Positions 30,526 through 40,733 of a DNA stretch of 64,000 bases are shown one piece after another (within the stretch, counting starts at the first letter, position 1; the number at the start of each line of letters is the position of its first letter). The stretch lies in assembly GCA_965205015.1 (NCBI GenBank), contig OZ242029.1, forward strand, positions 4,320,001-4,384,000, read 5' to 3'. The position numbers were made by a program, and so were the translations under genes. The notes beneath the pieces are model-generated. The model was not told the DNA's origin, searched no databases, and was given only the letters and a program-made list of their open reading frames with translations. Origin of the DNA: Candidatus Poribacteria bacterium (GTDB lineage Bacteria; Poribacteria; WGA-4E; WGA-3G).

Positions 30526-31998
30526 TTAACTTTCCGGACGCATCTGTGGAAACAGGATTACGTCTCGGATGGAGTATTGGTTCGTCAGCAACATCGTCAA
30601 TCGGTCGATACCGATGCCGAGTCCTCCCGTCGGGGGCATCCCGTATTCCAAGGCGCGTAAATAATCTTCGTCTACCATGAAGGCTTCGTCGTCACCAGCC
30701 TCCAAATTGTTCGCCTGCTCAAGAAAGCGTTGGCGTTGGTCGATCGGATCGTTGAGTTCACTAAAGGCGTTTCCGAATTCCATGCCGCAGATAAAAAACT
30801 CAAAGCGTTCGACGAACTCTGGAGTATCGGGCTTCTTTTTGGCAAACGGTGATACCTCGATGGGATAATCCGTTATAAATGTCGGCTGGATCAGTTTCGG
30901 TTCCACAAATTTGTCAAAGAGTTCGGCGATTATCTTCCCTTTTGTCTCGTCACCTGCCAAGTCAACGCCTGCGTCAATTGCTGCTTTGTAGAGTTCATCC
31001 GCTGAGAGTGGAGCGGGGTCTATACTGCTGTATTCCCGAATTGAATCCACCATGCTCAACCTGCGCCAAGGAGGCGTGAGATCGAGTTCATGCTCTTGAT
31101 AGTGAATCTTCGATGTCCCATGAATGATTTTTGCTGTGTCGGCGATGAGGGTTTCAGTGAGTTCCATTATCTGGATATAATCAGCGTAGGCTTGGTAGAG
31201 TTCAAGCATTGTAAATTCGGGGTTATGGTCCCTGTCCATTCCCTCGTTTCGGAAGTCGCGCGAGAACTCATAAACGCGATCGAACCCGCCTACGATGAGG
31301 CGCTTGAGATAAAGTTCATTTGCGATACGCAGATAGAGTGATTGTTCCAATGTATTGTGATACGTTGTGAAGGGACGCGCGTTTGCCCCCCCATAAATCG
31401 GTTGCAGGACGGGGGTTTCTACTTCAATAAAGTCCTGCTCGTTCAGCATGTCGCGAATCGCTTGAACGATTCGTGTCCTTTTAAGAAATACGTCCTTCAC
31501 CTCGGGATTCATGATGAGGTCTGCGTAACGTTGTCTATAGCGTGTCTGTTTATCTTGTAAACCGTGCCATTTTTCAGGAAGGGGTCGAATAGATTTTGAC
31601 AGAAGGTGTATGGTATCAACGAGGACAGTAAGTTCACCCGTACGCGTCCGAAAGATGGATCCCTCGGCACCGACGATATCGCCGGTATCAAAGCGTCGAT
31701 ATGTTTTGTACGGACCCGCACCTACATTGTCCCGGCGGACATAAATCTGGATTCTGCCTTCACTATCTTGTAGATGTGCGAAACTGCTTTTTCCGTGGTC
31801 GCGTTTCGTCATGATCCGACCCGCGATTCGGATTTTCTGAGTTTCGTCGGGTGTTTCTTGAATGTCAGCAAAGTCTCTATGGATGGCGGAGGAGGTGTGT
31901 GTCGGTTCATATTTATGCGGATAGGGTTCTACGCCAAATTCACGAATTTCATCCAACTTCTCGCGACGTTGCTGAATTATGTCCTTTGTTTCTTCCAC
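30526..31998 (-). CDS. lysS: Lysyl-tRNA synthetase (class II)
   Basis: RYRQRYADLI, GGANARPF, FRNEGMDRDHNPEFT, GLGIGIDRL; GTG 31998 follows AGGAG. Confidence 0.97.
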   Translation of the reverse strand: MEETKDIIQQRREKLDEIREFGVEPYPHKYEPTHTSSAIHRDFADIQETPDETQKIRIAGRIMTKRDHGKSSFAHLQDSEGRIQIYVRRDNVGAGPYKTYRRFDTGDIVGAEGSIFRTRTGELTVLVDTIHLLSKSIRPLPEKWHGLQDKQTRYRQRYADLIMNPEVKDVFLKRTRIVQAIRDMLNEQDFIEVETPVLQPIYGGANARPFTTYHNTLEQSLYLRIANELYLKRLIVGGFDRVYEFSRDFRNEGMDRDHNPEFTMLELYQAYADYIQIMELTETLIADTAKIIHGTSKIHYQEHELDLTPPWRRLSMVDSIREYSSIDPAPLSADELYKAAIDAGVDLAGDETKGKIIAELFDKFVEPKLIQPTFITDYPIEVSPFAKKKPDTPEFVERFEFFICGMEFGNAFSELNDPIDQRQRFLEQANNLEAGDDEAFMVDEDYLRALEYGMPPTGGLGIGIDRLTMLLTNQYSIRDVILFPQMRPES

Positions 31999-32105
31999 AG
32001 TGCTTCTCCTTCTTTTGCTTTTATTTTGATGATAGACCACTGCTATACTTTAGGAATATTTTAACAATTATACCTTAGTTTCGTCCATAAAGCAACCCAA
32101 AAAGC

Positions 32106-33452
32106 CAGGGGTATTTAGTTTTAAGTTTTGTCACTGTATGAGTTTAACTGCGAGTTTAGGTTTTGCAGCGAAAAATCGCAGTGTTTCCGCAATTTTTGTG
32201 TGTCCGTCAAAGCGTAAGAGAGCCAGGGCAGTGTTGCGTAGGGCAGCCATGACTTGTGGGAGTCTCCCTGTTCTTGCTTGTGAAGCGTCCTCCCCGAGGA
32301 CGACATCTCGCACCCAATGGACTTTGTTTTCTATCGTCCAGTGTTGGCGTCGGAGTTTGAGCAAAGTTTCTGCGGATGCGTCTTGTGGTGTAAGACTCGT
32401 GATGCCATACTGCGTCTGGTAGGTAGTCTCGCCTGTTTTGGTATTCTCCCGCTTGGATTGGTATTGATACACTTGTGCGAGTCCTGGCCAGTTGATATAA
32501 TCCGTCAAGAGTGTGCTTGCTGTTAGCGTGCGTGTGGTGATAAACCCGTGTGATGTTTCAACGTCTGTGTGGGTATCAAGGTGTGCGTCTGCCTCGGTGT
32601 GTAGGTTCTGAAACCGTCGTGCTTGGACGTGTGGTGTGTCTGTCTCCGAAAGCGGTTCAAAGAGTTCGCGAATGTCGTGATACATCTGTTTGTGATTCTC
32701 TTTGACGGGCATTGCATAGTTTGCGTGATATTTGAGAACCTCTTTACAAAAGGTTCTTTGGGTCAAAAGTGCATCTGTTGTTATGACTTTCCCGGTGACA
32801 TCAAAGGTTTTCAGAAGTTGCGTTGAGATGGGGATCTCATTTGTTTTTCCACTGACAGCCCGCTGTGTAAGGGTAATCCCTAACTCATGAGAGACAGCGG
32901 AGAGTAAATGTGTGCGGTATCGGGTTTCTGGGTCTTTGGAGCCACATAACTCTTTGCCATCTATCGCCACCCCTTGTAAATCCTGTGTTTTCAAAACTTG
33001 AAGACTTTCAAGTTTTGAAAACACCCATTTCGTGAGTAAGGCTTCGAGACTCACGACGTCAAGACGCTTCAAAAGATTATGAAGCGTTCCAGCACACGGG
33101 GTCTTCTCTGATTTGAAACCTAACGCTTTTGCCAGGGCCCCTTGATGCCGTGCCCAAGTCGCTATAGACGTATACCCTTTATGATTCGACATTACACCGA
33201 TGACGAGCAGCGCAAGGATAGACCCCAAGTTGTAGCGTTTCCCTTTTTTATGGCGTGGATCCGGAACTTCTGCTAATATGTCAAGTAAGTGGCAAGAGGA
33301 ACTTCTTGTCATGATTCACCTCAAAAAATGTGATGGTTTTTTACGGTGAAGTATAGCAGATACAGCGGGAAAAGTCACGCTGTATCTGTTTATTTTATAA
33401 TATTAACAGATGTGAAAAATATTACGAAAAAACCGAAAACTGAATACCCCTG
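32106..33452 (-). mobile_element. Complete ISAs1-family insertion sequence (1347 bp)
   Basis: TIRs CAGGGGTATTTAGTTTT (32106-32122) and AAAACTGAATACCCCTG (33436-33452), 16/17 match; 9-bp TSD CCAAAAAGC at 32097-32105 and 33453-33461. Confidence 0.93.
32131..33312 (-). CDS. ISAs1 family transposase
   Basis: VPDPR, VAIDGK, KTNEIP, ITTDALLTQ, RQHWTIENKVHWVRDV. Confidence 0.95.
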   Translation of the reverse strand: MTRSSSCHLLDILAEVPDPRHKKGKRYNLGSILALLVIGVMSNHKGYTSIATWARHQGALAKALGFKSEKTPCAGTLHNLLKRLDVVSLEALLTKWVFSKLESLQVLKTQDLQGVAIDGKELCGSKDPETRYRTHLLSAVSHELGITLTQRAVSGKTNEIPISTQLLKTFDVTGKVITTDALLTQRTFCKEVLKYHANYAMPVKENHKQMYHDIRELFEPLSETDTPHVQARRFQNLHTEADAHLDTHTDVETSHGFITTRTLTASTLLTDYINWPGLAQVYQYQSKRENTKTGETTYQTQYGITSLTPQDASAETLLKLRRQHWTIENKVHWVRDVVLGEDASQARTGRLPQVMAALRNTALALLRFDGHTKIAETLRFFAAKPKLAVKLIQ

Positions 33453-33465
33453 CCAAAAAGCGGTA

Positions 33466-34570
33466 TTATTTCCGCTGCGCCTTCATTTTCAGGTAGCTTT
33501 CGATGAAAGGGTCTAAAGCGCCGTCCAATACGGCATTGACATTACCTGTTTCGACGTTCGTGCGGACATCTTTGACGCGTTGATAGGGGTGCAGAACATA
33601 CGATCGGATCTGGCTCCCAAAGTCAATATCTAAGCGTTCGCTTCGCTGTTTTGAAAGTTCTGCCTCCTGTTCCGCACGATATTTCTCATGAAGACGGGAA
33701 CGGAGTAATTTCATAGCGATTTCTCGGTTCTTATGCTGCGAACGTTCATTCTGGCATTGCACGATGATTCCGGTGGGTTTGTGTGTAATTCGAACTGCTG
33801 AGTCCGTGACGTTGACGTGCTGTCCACCCGCACCGCTGGCGCGATAGAAGTCTATGCGTAAGTCTTCAGGTTGAATATCCACTTCCACGGTGTCGTCGAT
33901 TTCTGGGGTCACGTCAATAGCAGCGAAGGAGGTATGCCGCCGCTTGTTGAAATCGTAGGGGGATAACCGAACGAGCCTATGCACGCCCGCTTCAGCTTGC
34001 AAATAACCATAAGCCGATGCGCCTGTAACAAGGATCGTGGTTCCTTTGATGCCGGCTTCGTCTCCCGAAGTGAGGTCTACAATTTCGGTCTGATAGCGGC
34101 GTTGATCGCACCAACGGAGGTACATCCGCATCAACATCCCCGCCCAATCCTGCGCGTCAATCCCACCGGCACCGGCATGAATGCTGAGGATTGCGTTGTT
34201 CTCATCGAACTCGCCCGTTAGCATTAAGCGGAGTTCCATCTGTTCAAGATGTTGTGTAACGGTGTTCAATCCGTCGACAATCTCGGTTTGTAGACTCTCA
34301 TCGTTCTCTTCAGTCGCGAGTTCGATCAGGGTTTGGATATCTTCAATTTTGAGGACGAGGGCTTCGTACGCCTCAACCTCATCTCGGAGAGTGGCGATGC
34401 GTTGGTTAACCTTTTGAACGCGTTGCGTATTGCTCCAAAAATCAGGCGCAATTGTCGCCTCTTCAAGTGTTGTTAATTCTTTTCGCTTTTCAGCCAGGTC
34501 AAAGATAACCTCCGAGTTCTTGGAGGCGGACGTGCCTCTCTTCAACCTGGTTTTTTAAATCTACAAGCAT
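33466..34570 (-). CDS. prfB: Peptide chain release factor 2 (programmed +1 frameshift)
   Basis: ATG 34570 gives MLVDLKNQ...LGGYL, then CTT-TGA-C; the second frame carries SPY and GAGGQHVN motifs. Confidence 0.96.
34498..34513 (-). promoter_or_regulatory. RF2 autoregulatory frameshift site
   Basis: GGAGGT-TAT-CTT-TGA-C: internal SD 3 nt upstream of the canonical slippery site. Confidence 0.93.
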
Positions 34571-34588
34571 ATTATTCCTCGTGAATCC

Positions 34589-36229
34589 TTAAGAATGTCT
34601 ACGACGCTTTGATATTACGATGTGACTGCCGAACCCCCCAACGCAAATAAGTGCGCAAAGGATAGGGAACCAATCGCCGTAGCGGGTATAGAGTGTTTGT
34701 TTATGTTCCGTAGAAGAAAGAAGTGGAACGGTTGCGATGAGAATTTCCTGAGCGGTATTCGGTGTAATCAGTGGCGTCGTTATCCTACCGAATTTGTCTA
34801 CGACGCACGTAAATCCACCATTTGCGCATCGGAACACAGCAATGCGGTTCTCAATCGCGCGGAAAGGTGCCATCGATAGATGCAGTTCAGGGAAAGCAGT
34901 CCCTTTGAACCAGGCATCGTTCGTGAAGATTCCCATCACGCTGGCACCCATTTTTACGGGGCTGCGGAATTCATCTGGAAACACCGATTCAAAGCAAATC
35001 GAAGCACCGACCTCTATCTTCCGGGTGTTTGTCTTATTTTTAACGTCAAACACCGGTAAAAGGTTTACTGTTTTTCCGTGAGCGAAGGGTTCAAACTGGA
35101 TAAAATTGGGAATAAAATCCGGCAAGAGGTCCGCCAGAGGTACGTATTCCCCAAACGGAACAAGATGCATCTTCGCATAGTCCCCGTGTATCTTTCCATC
35201 TGGTGCTATCGACAGGACGCGGTTGTATATTTTCGTATCTCTTTTTTTCCCACTTTTGGAAAATTGACCGATCGCTGTATCCGTTTCTCCCGTGTTGGCT
35301 GTGCCGAGGAGTATTGGAATCCCTATATCCCGAAGCATCTGCGAGAATCTTCTGTAATAGGTGGGCCACTCGCCTGTCAACGCCCTGCTTCGTGTTGCAG
35401 TTTCGGGCCATACAATCAATGCAGGACCTGCTTCGCTGGCTTTATGCGTCAATTCGATATAGCGTTGCAAGATCTTTGGAAACTGACGGAGATCCCACTT
35501 CTGAAGTTGTGGAATGTTGCCGGGGATGAGCGCAACTTTTAAGGTCTCAGCGTTTGTTTGAGACGTTGCGTTTGTGCGTTTGTCTAAGGGGGTGGCATTC
35601 TGGAGTTGGAGAATACCGTAACCGAAACAGAAAAGCGTTAGGATGAGCGGCAAAACGACGGTGCGAATTTCCTGTCGCCAGTGGTGGCGGTTACACAGCA
35701 CGGTGGCAATGCTGGCATTGAAAAACACGATGACGAAACTGATACCGTGGACACCGACAAGCGAGGCTATCTGTATTCCAGGTAGGTTGTTCCATTGTGA
35801 ATAACCGATACTTCCCCACGGAAACCCTGTTATCAGCCAACTCCGGACCCACTCCAATGCTGTCCAGATACATGCGGCAGACAGAGAAAATAAAACGCTG
35901 GAACGCCTCGGTACAAAACGCATCAGCACTGCGAAAACAGCGAAATAGAGTGCCGTGTATCCCACTAATAGCAGGTACCCTACCAGTGTTGCAAAGATAT
36001 TCGCATACGGATAGAGCAGAAGAATGGCAGGGAGCAGTCCTGCGAAAAACAGAAAACCTGTTAGGTAGCCGATCCAAAAAGCAGATTTCCAGCCTGTTGC
36101 GCGCGTCAGGGCAATAAAAAATGGCACCATCGCGATCCAAGCAAGCGGAAAAAGATTTAAATTTGGGAAGCTGAGGAATAGCAACAGTGCTGAAAGTGCT
36201 GCAAGTATCCAATGTTGGTAGCGTTTCAA
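34589..36229 (-). CDS. lnt: Apolipoprotein N-acyltransferase
   Basis: TGFPWGSIGYSQ, VWPETA, KMHLVPFGEYVP, ICFESVF, TNDAWF, RAIENR. Confidence 0.95.
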   Translation of the reverse strand: MKRYQHWILAALSALLLFLSFPNLNLFPLAWIAMVPFFIALTRATGWKSAFWIGYLTGFLFFAGLLPAILLLYPYANIFATLVGYLLLVGYTALYFAVFAVLMRFVPRRSSVLFSLSAACIWTALEWVRSWLITGFPWGSIGYSQWNNLPGIQIASLVGVHGISFVIVFFNASIATVLCNRHHWRQEIRTVVLPLILTLFCFGYGILQLQNATPLDKRTNATSQTNAETLKVALIPGNIPQLQKWDLRQFPKILQRYIELTHKASEAGPALIVWPETATRSRALTGEWPTYYRRFSQMLRDIGIPILLGTANTGETDTAIGQFSKSGKKRDTKIYNRVLSIAPDGKIHGDYAKMHLVPFGEYVPLADLLPDFIPNFIQFEPFAHGKTVNLLPVFDVKNKTNTRKIEVGASICFESVFPDEFRSPVKMGASVMGIFTNDAWFKGTAFPELHLSMAPFRAIENRIAVFRCANGGFTCVVDKFGRITTPLITPNTAQEILIATVPLLSSTEHKQTLYTRYGDWFPILCALICVGGFGSHIVISKRRRHS

Positions 36230-36266
36230 ATTTTTAATTTTACCTTGTTTGTAGATAGCAGGAAAA

Positions 36267-38456
36267 CTAAAAGAGGTCTGTTTTCAACAGGTATGAGACT
36301 TTGATAAACACAATACGCTCAGTGTCTCCTTCGACGTTACGGTTGTCGTTGTAGACGATAAAAAGATTGCTTTCAGGGCGATATTCATAGGCAAATAGAG
36401 CGAAGACTCGCCGTTCTCTCTCGATGGTGAATTCTGCACTGGCTCTGGCATACATACGCTGCGCAAACTGATAGTTCACGACAAAGCGACGCGTCCATTC
36501 GGAGAGTTCCCATGCTGTGGCATCGGGTTGTTTTTCGTGGAGTCGCTGCAAAATGAACTCAAAACTGAGTTTGGCAGTTGGACGAATTGTGATTTCGGGG
36601 CGGATAAAGAAAATATTTTTGTCATTACGTAGACCGAAGTTCCCGGTGTTTCGGATTTGCACATATTTCGGTGGAAACCACCCGATGAAGAAACGAGCGG
36701 TTCTGTCCTCATATAATTGATCGTCGTCATCGTCAATGTGATTGTACCATTCAGGTCCGATGAGGAAAAAGAAGTCGTAAACCCCGAAGAGTCCACTAAA
36801 ACCCGCCCTGTGATTTGTGAGTTCACCTGCGTGGTTCGTGAGACGTTCATATTCGACTTCACCGCGAAGTCGTTCAATAGCCCCTTTATACTGTTTATTA
36901 TAGCGACTTCTGATCATCACTCCACGTCTATCCACGCGGGGGACGAATCCTGTTTCAGGGTTAAAGTACTCTCCGATATCAGCGTAGATCGCATCGACTG
37001 AGAATACATTTGTCCGACGGGCAAGTTGCACGAAAATCAGGTCATCTTCGGTACTCTCTGCCATATCCAGACCACCGGCTTTCCATTCTCTTGCATACTC
37101 CAAATTAAGACTCGTAGCGGCGGGCAATTGGATGCGGGCATCAAGTCCGCCAGCCCGATCGTACGTGGCACCGCGCTGTTTGTTAACGCCTAAAAATCCG
37201 ACGGATGACGTTTTACCGACTTCCCGTTGTAACCGAAAAACGGAGTAGTTATAGTTCGCGAGCGGCAATTCACCTGTCTTTATTTCTCTATCAGGATTCT
37301 CCGGTCCCGCGACGGCTCCCACGAAAGCGAGATTGTACTTACTGAATTTTCCGATGACTTTTCCACCCCCGAGCAGTGCTTCGGCTTTTCGGCTGTAGAA
37401 CAGGTCAAGCGGCATTTGAAAGAGTTCGTTGCCTTCAAGGAAAAACGGGCGTTTTTCAGGAAAACGGAGCGGAATGTCGGTGAGATTCACGAGGTCAGGA
37501 TCCGCCTCGATTTGTGCGAAATCTGGATTTAGTGTTAGATCAACAGTAAAGTCTCCAATTGGATACCGGAGGTCTAACCCAGCGTCCGGTTCCAGAGCCG
37601 TTGATGTTTCACCATCTGCCGGTTGCAGGAGTTGTGGTCTGAGTGTGGCATAGGGTTTGAACTTCGTAGGTCGTTTGGTGACCAATCCAGAAATCGGGAG
37701 GTCTGTGAGATGTCCAAATTCTGAGACGGCGTATTGACGGTCCCCCAAATCTGCCCAGGTCTGTTCTTCGGCGGGGGATTCGTCGTTTCGCCAAAAGTTG
37801 ATGCCCCAGGTCGCTATTTCCATTCCCTTTGAAAACCGGAGTTCGGCAAACGGAATGGCGAATTCTGCTGTCCAGCTGTCTGTGCCTATTGCGGCTTGCC
37901 CCTGCCAGTCGCAATCCCACGAGATGGCGGTGCCGATCCTGGATTGACCCGTCCGCCTGTTCGAGCCTTCATTAATTAAGCGCCGGTCGGTTTGTGTACC
38001 GAGTGGGTTTAGAGCGAAGGCATAACAGTTTCTGCCGTCAAGGAAAGTATCGATGAGAATTTCGACGTGATCGTCGGAGAAGAAAAAGGAGTCGCGCCGC
38101 GTCAGATTCGCAGCGAGATTGTCCATGTTGGTTTTAAAGCATTCAAATGCGACATAGAGATTATTGGCATCGTAGGCGAGGTAGATAGTGGTTCGCTGCG
38201 TTGCGGGTTCACCACGCTGCGGTTCAAATTGGATGAGTTCACCGGTTTTGGTGCTATTTTGCCAGCATATATCATCTAATGTTCCGTCAATTTTTGGAGG
38301 TGTTTCGGTGCGTACTGCTTTAATGACGCGATTCTTGAGAATTTCGGGTGGTGCCTCATTGGTGTCTGCAAGCAATACTTTAAAGCCGCACAAACAAAGG
38401 ATGAGGTAGACTGTTAGTATCAAATACGGGCTAAGCCGTGCCCTAATTGTTCGCAT
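36267..38456 (-). CDS. CBM9-like domain plus DUF5916-like outer-membrane beta-barrel protein
   Basis: PKIDGTLDD, WTAEFAIPFAELRF, LNPDFAQIEAD, PEKRPFFLEG, terminal FIKVSY strand. Confidence 0.8.
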   Translation of the reverse strand: MRTIRARLSPYLILTVYLILCLCGFKVLLADTNEAPPEILKNRVIKAVRTETPPKIDGTLDDICWQNSTKTGELIQFEPQRGEPATQRTTIYLAYDANNLYVAFECFKTNMDNLAANLTRRDSFFFSDDHVEILIDTFLDGRNCYAFALNPLGTQTDRRLINEGSNRRTGQSRIGTAISWDCDWQGQAAIGTDSWTAEFAIPFAELRFSKGMEIATWGINFWRNDESPAEEQTWADLGDRQYAVSEFGHLTDLPISGLVTKRPTKFKPYATLRPQLLQPADGETSTALEPDAGLDLRYPIGDFTVDLTLNPDFAQIEADPDLVNLTDIPLRFPEKRPFFLEGNELFQMPLDLFYSRKAEALLGGGKVIGKFSKYNLAFVGAVAGPENPDREIKTGELPLANYNYSVFRLQREVGKTSSVGFLGVNKQRGATYDRAGGLDARIQLPAATSLNLEYAREWKAGGLDMAESTEDDLIFVQLARRTNVFSVDAIYADIGEYFNPETGFVPRVDRRGVMIRSRYNKQYKGAIERLRGEVEYERLTNHAGELTNHRAGFSGLFGVYDFFFLIGPEWYNHIDDDDDQLYEDRTARFFIGWFPPKYVQIRNTGNFGLRNDKNIFFIRPEITIRPTAKLSFEFILQRLHEKQPDATAWELSEWTRRFVVNYQFAQRMYARASAEFTIERERRVFALFAYEYRPESNLFIVYNDNRNVEGDTERIVFIKVSYLLKTDLF

Positions 38457-38502
38457 TGGTTTATGTCTTCAGAGCCTCCTTTTGGTGTCAATCTATGTTA
38501 CG

Positions 38503-38531
38503 ATTTTAGCGTGCATCTATTTTTCTGTCAA
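38503..38531 (-). promoter_or_regulatory. Sigma70-type promoter for the DUF5916-lnt-prfB block
   Basis: TTGACA (38531-38526), 17-nt spacer, TAAAAT (38508-38503). Confidence 0.6.
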
Positions 38532-38662
38532 CATCAAAAAGGAGAAGCAATATTTTTTTGCCGCTGTAAATGTAAACCAAATTAAAGCGATTTGCGTTAT
38601 TGCTCATGTTGTTATATAATATTAGATAGCACTGCTTTTGAATCAATGAATGGAGGAATTAA

Positions 38663-39787
38663 GTGTACTTTCTTATCCGCAAAATCTTCAGACTGCTTTT
38701 ATGTCTTGTCATCCTTTTTCCAGTGATGGCTTTTGCAGGACCCGGTCGGACAGGCGCGCAAATCTTGAACCTCGGTGGCGGCGCGCGGGCGCGAGCACTC
38801 GGCGACGCGTTTTCTGCGATGTCGGGTGATGTAACCACGTCGCTTTGGAATCCAAGTGGATTGGCAGACATGCCCGACAGTAAATTTCGTTCGGGTAGAA
38901 AAGCATCACAAGCCTCAATGTTTTATACGGACTACAGCGCGCCTTTTGGAGAAGCAGGAGAAGGGTTGTACTATACTTTCATCTCTGGCGCGATGCCCCT
39001 CGGCGATGTCGGAACTATCGGTGCGACACTCCAGCTGCAGGGACAAGGCACAATCGCCGTAACAACCGATTCTCCCGATATCCTTCGCGAGGAAAGTCTC
39101 GGCACCAACTTTGCGTTGACATTCTCATACGCCGATCGCATTACTGAGTCCTTATCAGCAGGGATCAACGGTAAAATGATTCGGATGGTCCTTGGACGCG
39201 AGAGTGGAAGCTCGTATGCTGTTGATTTGGGGATGCAATATCTCCTGCCCTTCGATCCTATCCCGACGACACTCGGTGTTGCGATTCAGAACGTTGGACC
39301 CGGTATCTCTTTCATTGATGAAAACCAAGCAGATCCGTTACCGCGGTTCTTGCGAATTGGGACCTCTATGAGCCTTTACCGTGCGAAGTATCACCACATT
39401 CGCCTCGTGAGTGGTGTCACAGCCTATATCGATAAATTGGCGGAGGATGAAAACGAATTAGCTGTTGATTTGGACCGGCTTAACGCCGAAAGAGAGGAAA
39501 AACTGACCCGAGAGCAACTCCTTTCCGATCGAGGGGTCGGTATCCGAGCACTTGAGTGGCGACACCTTCAAAAGAATCTCGGTTTGGAGTACTGGCTCGG
39601 TGGTACGCTTGCATTTCGTGTTGGCTACAAGTCGGAACCCGGCGTTAACTTACCGGACTTGGCAGATTACATTACTGCCGGTGTAGGTGCCCGATGGTAT
39701 CTATTCAATATTGACTTTACAATTGGACCGAGCTTTGGTCCAAGCCGCTCGCGACTCTATGAAACCACTTTGATGTTCATCTTTTAG
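38663..39787 (+). CDS. PorV/PorQ-like outer-membrane beta-barrel protein
   Basis: GAQILNLGGGARARALGDAF, WNPSGLA, YAVDLG, QNVGPGISF...QADPLP, GLEYW. Confidence 0.8.
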   Translation: MYFLIRKIFRLLLCLVILFPVMAFAGPGRTGAQILNLGGGARARALGDAFSAMSGDVTTSLWNPSGLADMPDSKFRSGRKASQASMFYTDYSAPFGEAGEGLYYTFISGAMPLGDVGTIGATLQLQGQGTIAVTTDSPDILREESLGTNFALTFSYADRITESLSAGINGKMIRMVLGRESGSSYAVDLGMQYLLPFDPIPTTLGVAIQNVGPGISFIDENQADPLPRFLRIGTSMSLYRAKYHHIRLVSGVTAYIDKLAEDENELAVDLDRLNAEREEKLTREQLLSDRGVGIRALEWRHLQKNLGLEYWLGGTLAFRVGYKSEPGVNLPDLADYITAGVGARWYLFNIDFTIGPSFGPSRSRLYETTLMFIF

Positions 39788-39804
39788 AAGGGAAACAACA
39801 AAAA

Positions 39805-40623
39805 GTGAAATCTAAGACCCAAATTTTAATAATCGTGCTGATGTTATGTTTAGCGTCCGGTCTCTGTGTAGCATCCGAAGGTTCCCGCGCGCCACTATTC
39901 ACAACTTTTTATTTGGATTCTGCACTTGGAAGCCGGACGCTTGAGAATCAATCCACTGTCGTTATGGAGGCAACCCAAGAGTTCCAGCCCCAAAAATCTC
40001 CAAACGAGGCGTTCCTGTATTCACTGGTTATTCCGGGTATGGGACAACTCTACACAGGCGCAAAACGCGGTTATCTCTATGCCGCTGCAGACGTTGTTTT
40101 GCTGACAACCTATTTTGTTCTACGAAACAATGCTTCAAACACTCGGGAAGACTATCGCGATGTCGTCAGGCAACACGTTACTTTTATCGGTCCGGGGTCC
40201 TTTGAAGATTGGGATCCTATAGAGGATTTTGAACACGCCACACAATACGAAACATGGAATCATGTCTACGATTCCGACCAGACACGGGCGCGTACTGGTA
40301 AATGGTACTGGGAAGATCTCGATCCAAATTTAAAAAACGAACCAGACTTAAACATCGACTTCGACTCGCAATACCGCTTGGAAGCGTTTGACTTACGGCA
40401 GAAAGCAAACGACACTTTTCAACTCGCTCGCACAATGTTAGGCGTGGCGATTTTAAATCACGTTGTCAGCGCGGTGGAGGCGCGGATTTCGACGAAGCGT
40501 TTCAATACCCGTTTGCAAAGGACACTCACACAGGCACGCGTCAACGGTCTTGAAATAGATTTACAAACAGACATAGCGGCAGGTGCACCCGTAGGGGTAC
40601 TTGTCCTACGGAAAAGGTTTTAA
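39805..40623 (+). CDS. Hypothetical exported/membrane protein (DUF5683-like N-terminal motif)
   Basis: Signal peptide; KSPNEAFLYSLVIPGMGQLYTG; NHVVSAVEA. Confidence 0.6.
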   Translation: MKSKTQILIIVLMLCLASGLCVASEGSRAPLFTTFYLDSALGSRTLENQSTVVMEATQEFQPQKSPNEAFLYSLVIPGMGQLYTGAKRGYLYAAADVVLLTTYFVLRNNASNTREDYRDVVRQHVTFIGPGSFEDWDPIEDFEHATQYETWNHVYDSDQTRARTGKWYWEDLDPNLKNEPDLNIDFDSQYRLEAFDLRQKANDTFQLARTMLGVAILNHVVSAVEARISTKRFNTRLQRTLTQARVNGLEIDLQTDIAAGAPVGVLVLRKRF

Positions 40624-40733
40624 TTTTACCTTGCGGAGGCACAACGTGCGTTTCTCAAATCCGTCCTCCATTACATTACTACATTACGGATTACGGACTT
40701 TGAGATTATCTTAACAGAATAAGGGAGAACTCT

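Noticed and set aside
33466-34545. prfB as a pseudogene or with the track's N-terminus
   Set aside because: The canonical SD + CTT-TGA-C programmed frameshift explains it; this is well known, not novel.
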